Made by a program: the position numbers and the translations under genes | Assembly: GCF_016433145.1 (NCBI RefSeq) | Contig: NC_058133.1 | Span: 189,743,892-189,807,891, forward strand | DNA length: 64,000 nucleotides | Source of the DNA: Gracilinanus agilis | Lineage: Eukaryota | Direction: 5' to 3' | Notes under the pieces: model-generated | What the model was told of the DNA's origin: nothing | The model's input: only the letters and a program-made list of their open reading frames with translations | Databases searched by the model: none | Shown here: positions 56,343 through 64,000 of the stretch, in pieces | Layout: every line of letters starts with the position of its first letter | Position numbering within the stretch: the stretch's first letter is position 1

Positions 56343-57547
56343 CCATGGTTTTAGGGCCCAGGCCTATCCAGTGGGGGCTTGGGCCACCCCCGGGGAGGGG
56401 TTGGGTATATCTTGCCTGCCCATTACAGGGTCAAAAGCCACTGGCTGGACTGCTCATCATAGGGCCCTCTGGACTTCAGAGGTGTGACAAATGGTGGTAA
56501 ACCCTGACCCCTCTCCCTTTTTCATCCTTTTCCTCCTAACCCTGCACTCCTGGTGGGGCCAACTGAGCCAACTGTGCCCAGTGGACATGAGAAAGGGAGT
56601 CGTGCCTGCGTCAGACTGAGTGGAGGAAGTGCCCTTCTCCCTGGTGACCTACAAGAAGGTAAGGAGGTGTGGTGGAAGGGAGGGGGTGTCAAGGAATGCT
56701 GGGTGAACAAAGCTAGGCTAAATGGGGAAGACTGAAAAGTCCTGGAGGTTTTCCTGTTTGGGGAAGGGACATTTGAGAAAAGAAGCAAACACTAAGTCCT
56801 AGGCTGGGATCTCCAAAGGTCCAGCTGAACTCTGGACAGACAATAAGGACTTAAGTGATTTCTGTCTCTTGCTCTAACTGTAACAGGTATGAGAGTTTAG
56901 ATTGCAGGAAGGACATTTTTGCCTAGTGCGATAGGAAAGGCTAAAACAGAGCGATGGAAATAAGATCTTTCTCTTGAGATCACCTAGTAAGGGTAAGAGA
57001 CATTCCCCTCTGCAGCCTCATCCCCACTCTCTACTCTGAGCTGAGGAAAGTAAAGGATCTGAAGTCTTCAGCCATGGGGAGAGATCTCCAGGCACATATA
57101 GTCCTTAGGCATCATACATCCTGGGTGGGGAAGGGTCATTGAATTTATAGATTTAGATCTGGGAGGGACCTTCGAGGTCACCAATTCCAACCCTCTCGTT
57201 TTACAGATGAGGAAATTGAGGCTTGGAGAGGTTAAAGTGCCTTGACCAAACTAGTAAGTGTCCGAGGCAGGCTTCAAACTTCAGCACTCTTGACTCTTCA
57301 ATCTAGTGCTCAATCCAATATACTGCCTTGCCCATTCAGGGATCCAGATAGAATTTCTCTGAAAAATTCTTGCACCCATCTGAGGGGGTGAAAATGAGAG
57401 TGAGGGAAGTCCCTGGGACCCAGCAGAGCAGGAGTACATACTCTTTAGTTTCCATTTGCTTATTGCCTTAAGGGTTACAAAGTGCTTTTCTCACAACTTT
57501 TTGGGAAGTGGGAAATATTGCCTTCCCCACTTTAAGAATGAGGAAAA

Positions 57548-57832
57548 GGGGCAGCTAGGTGGCATAGTGGATAAAACACCAGGCCTGAAGTCAGGAAGAC
57601 CTGAGTTCAAATTTGACATCAGATACTTCCTAGCTATATGAATCTGGGCATGTCATTTAACCTCATTGCCCAGCCCTTACTGCCCTTCTGCTCTATAATC
57701 TATACTTAGTATCCATTCTAAGACAGAAGGTAAAGGTTTAAAAAAAAAAAGAGGAAAAGATTTGGAGACTCCAATACTTAGTGTCGATTCTAAGATAAGG
57801 GTTTGAAAAAAATGAGGATTGGATTTGGAGAC
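57548..57832 (+). mobile_element. Full SINE plus a second short SINE tail
   Basis: The tail piece is flanked by duplicated GATTTGGAGACT. Confidence 0.8.
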
Positions 57833-58368
57833 TTGACCGTGACTAGCTTGTGGCCTGAATATTGAGGGTGTCAGGATTCAAACTCAAGTCTCTTAATTCC
57901 CAAGTCCAGCCCAGTATCACCTTTCAAATGTTATCAATAGAGCCTCAGGCTCTCATCCCCCAAGCTGACTCAGTCCTAGAATAATGTTTAGGATGGGGGG
58001 AAAGGGAGGGTGGAAAGGAAGGAGGCAAAAGGGGAGTCAACTATGTTTTTCTATATCTCCAAGTACATCTTTAGCTCTGGTGCTTGTGTGTGTTTTGACT
58101 CTAGGTTCCAGCTCAAAGTGACCAGTCTGGCTGTGGACGACCCTTCAGATATTCCCAGGAACCACCCTTTCCAGGCTCTTCAGCTCTGACCCTTTTCCCA
58201 GTGCCCCAACTGTGGCTAAGCCCATCTACCTCCCTCCCTGCACTGTCTCACACTCAGGGTCCCCGTTCCATATAAACCATTCCTGCTCCCTGAGCATTGG
58301 GCCATATCTCCCACCTGTATCCTCCTCTAGAGAACCTTCCTTTTCCTCTCTCTGGCTCTCATAGGGGA

Positions 58369-58374
58369 AATAAA
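58369..58374 (+). terminator. Putative KCNH4 polyadenylation signal
   Basis: First AATAAA I could find after the KCNH4 stop; it directly follows a pyrimidine tract and AG. Confidence 0.55.
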
Positions 58375-59689
58375 ATTCTCTTTATTTTTGTAGCTGTTGG
58401 GCCTGACTATTTCTTGGGATAGATTGGGAAGTGCCTAAGGCTCAGGGGAGGCCAGACCAAGCAGGGGACTGCAAAGGCCCTACCTGCACTGTACCCTCGG
58501 GGCCCCTGTTGCCATCTCTAGGAGGAGCAAAGGCGCCAGCCTGCCTGGCACAACATTCAAGACACCAGGGGCCCCAGGGGCAGGGAGGAGGGTTTCTTAA
58601 CAAGTGCTCCTGGGACCCATTATAACATCTAACTTACCTCCCCCTACACAACACTTAGGAAAGACAAAACCCTGGTTCCCCTAGTTCAAGACAGAGGGGA
58701 GTAGGAAGGAATTTCTGTCAGATGGAATGGCTCCCCTTCCTCCTGTAAAATCCACGCCCCATTCTCATTGTCCCCAAGTGTTGAAATGCAGCTGTGTCTG
58801 AGAAGGAGCATGTGTCATCTGCCTAGGATCTTCTGTGTCTCCCACTCTTCCCCACTCCCACCCACCTTCTGGATATTTATAACTTATACCCCTCCCAACC
58901 CTCCACCTCCACACTCCTGTGCCTCTACCTTCCTCAGCATCTTGGTGGGGGAGGGGGATCGCCTCCGTGGCCAGATGGTGTTAGAGATGGGGAGGAGTTG
59001 TGGAGTTGTGGGATGGTCTCAGAGTAACTAAGTCTCTCTAGGCCATGAGAGGAGAGCAGTCTTCTTGGGAACAACATCCTGTCCTGTCTTGGAGGTTATC
59101 TGGGGTCCCAGAACAAATCTAGGACACTGTTTCCATTGGGGTGGGACAGGATGACATGAGGATACAGAGGTTGGATTTCCTGGCTTGGCTTCCTGGGATG
59201 CATCTCCTAGCCAGCATTCTTGTAGTAGCTCCTCCCAATTAACCTGAAGCCCTTTTAAAATCCCCCCCCACAACAATGCTCACAATTAAGCTTTCTCTTA
59301 ATGCCATCCTGAGGTCTTTTTCTTGGATCTGGAGTACACTGTAGTGTCAAAGGGATGATGAGTTCTAGTCCTTCCTCTACCACTAACTCTTTGTGGTCTT
59401 GGGCAAGTCTGGCCTCAGTTTCTCCAGCTGTAAAACATGAAGGGATTGGTCTTGACTTCTAAGGTCCCTTCTAGTTCAGACTGTTGATGAGACCGCAATG
59501 TCCAGTTGGGGAGTCGGGTAGAGGGAAGAGGTCTGGGGTTTGTTAAGTTGAATTGAATTGCTAGGGATGCGAGATGGGGCGAGGGGGATCCCCGAATCCC
59601 AATGAGAAAATGTATTGGGGCTGACAGCCTTATTTGTATATTTATTTAAACATCTTTCATAGCTCACTAATTACAATGCATCCATCCTA

Positions 59690-60660
59690 GCCCGAGTTCC
59701 AGCCGGTACCCTTCTTCCCAGCAAGGCCAGGCCTTGCAGCGTCAGGACCGGGGAGCCCCGCCCAGTCCGCAGCCTGCTCCACCCCGATCTCGGAGGTCTG
59801 GTCGCTTCTCTCCGCCCAATGCCACGAACTACAAGTCCCAGGACACCCCAACCCCAAGTCCTTTTTCCCGCCGCGAGGTCGCCCCCTGCAGGTTCTGCGA
59901 GAATGCCGGGAGAACTCCCTTTTCATTGGTCGCATCTCCCTGTCAGTCACCCGGGACCGGAGAGGGGCGGGGCAAAGTCGGAAGATCCGGATCCGGAGCG
60001 GCTGAAAGGCGGAAGTGGAGGCCGGAGCCTGGGACACTGCCGGGGGGGAGAGGAGCGGAGCCAGTCCGCAGAGCCGGCCTCGAGCAGCCCCGTCGCCCCA
60101 GAGCCTCCGTGAGTAAGCCTGCCCTGGGACCTCCGTGAGCTCCCGCCCGCGCCTCTACGTTGCCAGGCCTCGCCCTTTCCTCTTTTCTCCCTCCTCCCTC
60201 TCTGCCGACCCCAGTTGAGGGGACACTTGCCCCTCCCAGGGTCCCGGCGTATGACCCCTCCCCCGACCCGTAGTCCGAAGGCGGGGGAGGGTCTCCCCTG
60301 TCCACGCCCAGCCCGGGGGTGGGGGGGGGCGGCAAGACCCAGGTCCTGTGGTGCGACCTGCCCTGCCCGGCTCAGGCCTCAGCGAGCCCCTCTTCCTCCC
60401 CCTTCCCATAGACCGGGGCGACCCAGGGCTGTCCCCCGCCCCTGGCCTTGGGGCCCCGGTCGTGACCGGCGACTGATCTTGGGGGTGTCGCTTGCAGGGC
60501 GGCGACCACTGCGCCCCTCCCCTCCTCCAGCTGTGGGGGGCGTTCCCCTTCTTCCCCGCCCCCCGGAAACCGTGTGCTCCTACCTGTCTTGGCCAGGGAG
60601 AGCTGGCTTCTGTCCTGATTTTTTTCTCCCCCGGTGGCTGAGACCTCAGACACTTTTTTC
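59690..60660 (+). promoter_or_regulatory. RAB5C: CpG-island promoter with non-coding exon 1 (~60010-60108, donor CC|gtgagt), assigned to RAB5C by synteny; coding exons outside window
   Basis: Very high CpG/GC; CCAAT 59816, ACTACAAGTCCCA 59828-59840, ATTGG 59925, GC box 59964-59973, CGGAAGT 60010. Gene identity rests only on conserved order KCNH4-RAB5C. Confidence 0.7.
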
Positions 60661-60787
60661 CTGCCACTGACACAAAGAGGGAAAGGAACAAGTTTTTATT
60701 AAGGACACCTGCTATGTGCCAGGCACTGTATTAAACTCTTTACAAACATCTTGTTTAATCCTCACGACAACCTTGTGAGGTAGGCGC

Positions 60788-60919
60788 NNNNNNNNNNNNN
60801 NNNNNNNNNNNNNNNNNNNNNNNNNNNNNNNNNNNNNNNNNNNNNNNNNNNNNNNNNNNNNNNNNNNNNNNNNNNNNNNNNNNNNNNNNNNNNNNNNNNN
60901 NNNNNNNNNNNNNNNNNNN
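60788..60919. other. Assembly gap (132 N)
   Basis: N run. Confidence 1.
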
Positions 60920-62708
60920 TTCTATCCACTACATCAGGTCTCTTTTTGTTTGTTTGTTTTTTCTTCCTTCCTACCTTCCCTTGGACACTATCCCCCTCAC
61001 TTAGCTTCCCTTTTCTCTTACATTTCCCTCTTTCTGTTTTCTGTGTTCTATTGTCTTCCCTCAGACTGTGGATCAAGCTCATTTTTCAGAGCAGAGCTTC
61101 AGGTCTGTCTCAATCTTTAGGGCTAGGGTGAGAGGGGATATCTCTCTTCATTTCCCCCTACCAACATGAAAGAAATTATGCAGTTTTCTTGTAGGGATGA
61201 CTCCCCTTTTATGAATATCATCCCAGCAGTTTGTTCAATCTTAGTTATAGCTCAGGGTGGATTAGTCCACTATCTCAAACTGTCTGTTCCTGGCTTGGCC
61301 CCCTCCTCCCAGAGCACGTGAGTGTTTTCCAAGCTTCCTCTGTGGGATGGCTCCTCCTAAGGCAGCTGTCTGTTGGCTTTCCCTGGAAGGGGAAGTAAAC
61401 TAGGGACCTCCCTGAGGGTGAAGGGTGTTGGGGCAGGAGGTTTCACCCTAAAGCAATGCCTCTTGTGATTCCAGAGTGGATAGCTTTAGGGTTTTGATAT
61501 ACTTCTGTGAAACTTTTATACAACTATAGTTATGTCAGTGAATACAAGTTCTTACCAAACAGAAACCTGCCCTCCCAAGGGGTACATTAAGTTTATATTT
61601 CTTTTGTTGGTGTCTTGGGGGTGTGAAACAGTTGCTCCAGAATGATAGTCACTCAGACCATGTGAATCCAAAATAGAGGCCAAGGGACTGCTTGGCTTGG
61701 TTCTTTGAGGTCTTACACTTTATATCTATATTGAACTTAGACACCCCTACATGTCCCCAGAAGGCTCTTTAGCTTACCCAGTGCCAATGTTCTGTGGTGA
61801 CCATAGTTTCTTTGAGTAATACCTTGTAACTACAACACTTTTTGTTTCATAGGTTTCTGTTGACTTTTAGATAGTTCTTCGTGCCTGACTTTTCCAATTG
61901 AATAGGTTTCCCTTTTTTAAATGATTTTTGTTTTAAATCTATGGAGTATTATTGTATTTCTGATGACTAGTTTATACTCCTCAGAAATAGCAGCTAGAGA
62001 TTAAGTTTCCTATTTTGTGTTTCCTACCTGTATACATATGGCTTGATAAGGGAGACAAGACAATATGCTTTGGTAAATCAGGTTTAGTAGAGGGGAACTT
62101 TTTTCCCCTAGTTCAACTATGTAATCTCTTCCCAGTAGTGAGAGAATTGTATTCTTTTCTCATTGGATTTCAGTGAGATGTACTCTCCTTTCTCTGCCTG
62201 CCTCTTCCCATCCCCAAAGAGGGCTAGGCAGGTGGGGACCACCTTGTGAGCCATATTTCTTATTGCCCTGCCAATCCCCCTTCCCCTCTTTTTTGCTTGC
62301 CTGCAGTACCTGAAATGCCTGCTCAGAAGTACATGTTTTACTTTAGCATCCCAACAGAATAGTCTGGGCTCTCAATATTGGAGAGGGCAACTACTACCAT
62401 TTCAGATCATTGGCACCAGGCATGATATCATTTCATCTCCATGCTGTACCTTGTATAGGTTGGTACTTATAGGTACTTTGAAGATGAAGTAGTTATGAAA
62501 ATAAAGCAACTTTCCTCCAATCCAAGGTAACTTGTAAAGGTTTTCTTTTTTTTTTTAAACTCTTATCTTCTGTCTTAGTATTAATTCTAAGATAGAAGAC
62601 TGATAAGGGCTAGGCAGTTGGGGTTAAGTGACTTGCCCAGATCATACTAGCTAGGGGTCTTGGTGCTCCATCCAACCATGTTATCTGGCTGCCCCTTATA
62701 CATTTTCT

Positions 62709-62902
62709 CTTTTTCTTTTTTTTTTTTAAACCCTTGTACTTCGGTGTATTGTCTCATAGGTGGAAGATTGGTAAGGGTGGGCAATGGGGGTCAAGTGACT
62801 TGCCCAGGGTCACACAGCTGGGAAGTGGCTGAGGCCGGGTTTGAACCTAGGACCTCCTGTCTCTAGGCCTGGCTCTCAATCCACTGAGCTACCCAGCTGC
62901 CC
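62709..62902 (-). mobile_element. Young SINE1_Mdo-type copy
   Basis: 17-bp TSD CCCCTTATACATTTTCT (62692-62708 / 62903-62919). Confidence 0.93.
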
Positions 62903-63769
62903 CCCCTTATACATTTTCTTAACAGCAGCAGCTTAATTGTATTTGGATACTGGTGTTCCCTCATTCTGAGGGAAACTAAGAACAGGGAAAAAGACACTGC
63001 TCATTTGCCTTTTCTGCTGCAGTCCCCAGTAGAAAAGAGGCCCACAGAGATAATTTTTGTGGGACAGACCTCTTCTGCTTCTCAGAAAGCAGAGGTAGTG
63101 ATCACTGGGATAGACAAGTCATTATCATTAGTCGCCATTTGCTACTCTGCAAACCTGTTGATTCTCTTTTAACTTTTTCTTTTGCTTTTGGCTTGCCACT
63201 TTGATATCCTGAGCAATTAATGAGCAACCCTGACCTTAGAATGCTTTTTGCTTCATGAGGACCTAAAAGTGATAGTGATTAAAAACTGAATTCGAGATTT
63301 AGCAGCCATGATTGAGAGGGGTGGGGATGGGGGTGGGGTCTGGCAAAGGAGCAAGTCAGGGAACCAGCAGAAGAGGAGATATCTGGGTAAAGTAGATCTC
63401 TGTACTGCCCTGAGCTCTCAACTTTGTGTCATAGCCTGATGCTTACAGGTAAGATATAGCAAATATATAGGCTACTTTTTATCCTGAATCTATTGGTATG
63501 TAAATAGAAGTATAGGGCTTTTTTTTTTTCTTCAATATTCAGCTCTTACCTCCAAAGTTAACCCATCTCATCTCTTTATAGGTTTATCTTCTCTACAAAG
63601 ATGGACCCTGTCCTGTAATGGGCTCCTTTTGCAATACAAAGCCTTTTGAGACATTGTGGTACATATGCTAGTGATTATGGCATTTGTCAGGGCATACTAA
63701 TTTGAGACCTACTAATCTAGTACCTGTCAGTCTTTAATTCTCTGGGTACTTTGGAATATATTTTTAACA

Positions 63770-63990
63770 TACCTCTATAACATAGTTATGGTTCAGGTCC
63801 AGGTTCTTGCTGGGTCTAGAGTCAGAAAGACTTGAATTAAAATCTGACCTCGGGTATTTCTTAGCTGTTTAACCCTGGACAAATCACTTAACCTCTTTTT
63901 ACTTCAGTTTCTTCAGCTGTAAAATGCAGTTAATAATAGCACCTATATCACGCAGGGTTGTGGTGAGGATCAGATGAGATTTTTAAAAAT
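63770..63990 (+). mobile_element. MIR/MAR1-like SINE
   Basis: cagaaagacttgaatt...cagtttcttcagctgtaaaatg...gggttgtggtgaggatc. Confidence 0.7.
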
Positions 63991-64000
63991 TTTAAACCCT

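Noticed and set aside
59687-60691. Multiple 90-180 aa ORFs
   Set aside because: CpG island depleted of stop codons; Pro/Gly/Arg-rich with no RAB GTPase motifs.
60762-61082. ORF spanning the N run
   Set aside because: Artefact of the assembly gap.
62281-62335. Possible cassette exon in RAB5C intron 1 (strong acceptor at 62306)
   Set aside because: Weak donor (AA|gtacat) and no supporting homology.

Overview
Vertebrate genomic DNA, most likely the marsupial Monodelphis domestica (inferred from SINE1_Mdo/MAR1-type SINEs and marsupial-type L1 3' ends). All genes lie on the + strand in the conserved amniote order: the last 7 coding exons and 3' UTR of STAT5B (2655-~11540), complete GHDC CDS (16210-21215, 8 coding exons, ~538 aa), complete HCRT prepro-orexin (23536-24808, 2 exons, 139 aa), complete KCNH4/Kv12.3 CDS (27732-56342, 16 exons, ~1047 aa), and a CpG-island promoter with a non-coding first exon assigned by synteny to RAB5C (~59690-60108). 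All exon junctions were read by hand; they are GT-AG and keep frame. Introns are rich in SINEs, MIR/L2, L1 fragments and four hAT-type MITEs; there are two assembly gaps. No prokaryotic features (CRISPR, rRNA, tRNA genes) and no novel protein-coding system are supported. The most interesting items are: a hAT MITE family carrying a CTCF-consensus motif, a ~900-bp array of branch-point/YCAY-like motifs in KCNH4 intron 10, a candidate 3' UTR intron making KCNH4 NMD-sensitive, an RE1/REST site plus tandem RFX boxes in KCNH4 intron 1, a KCNH4 uORF, an orexin-B ending in Val rather than Met, and a perfect 26-bp-arm palindrome built from SINE tails.
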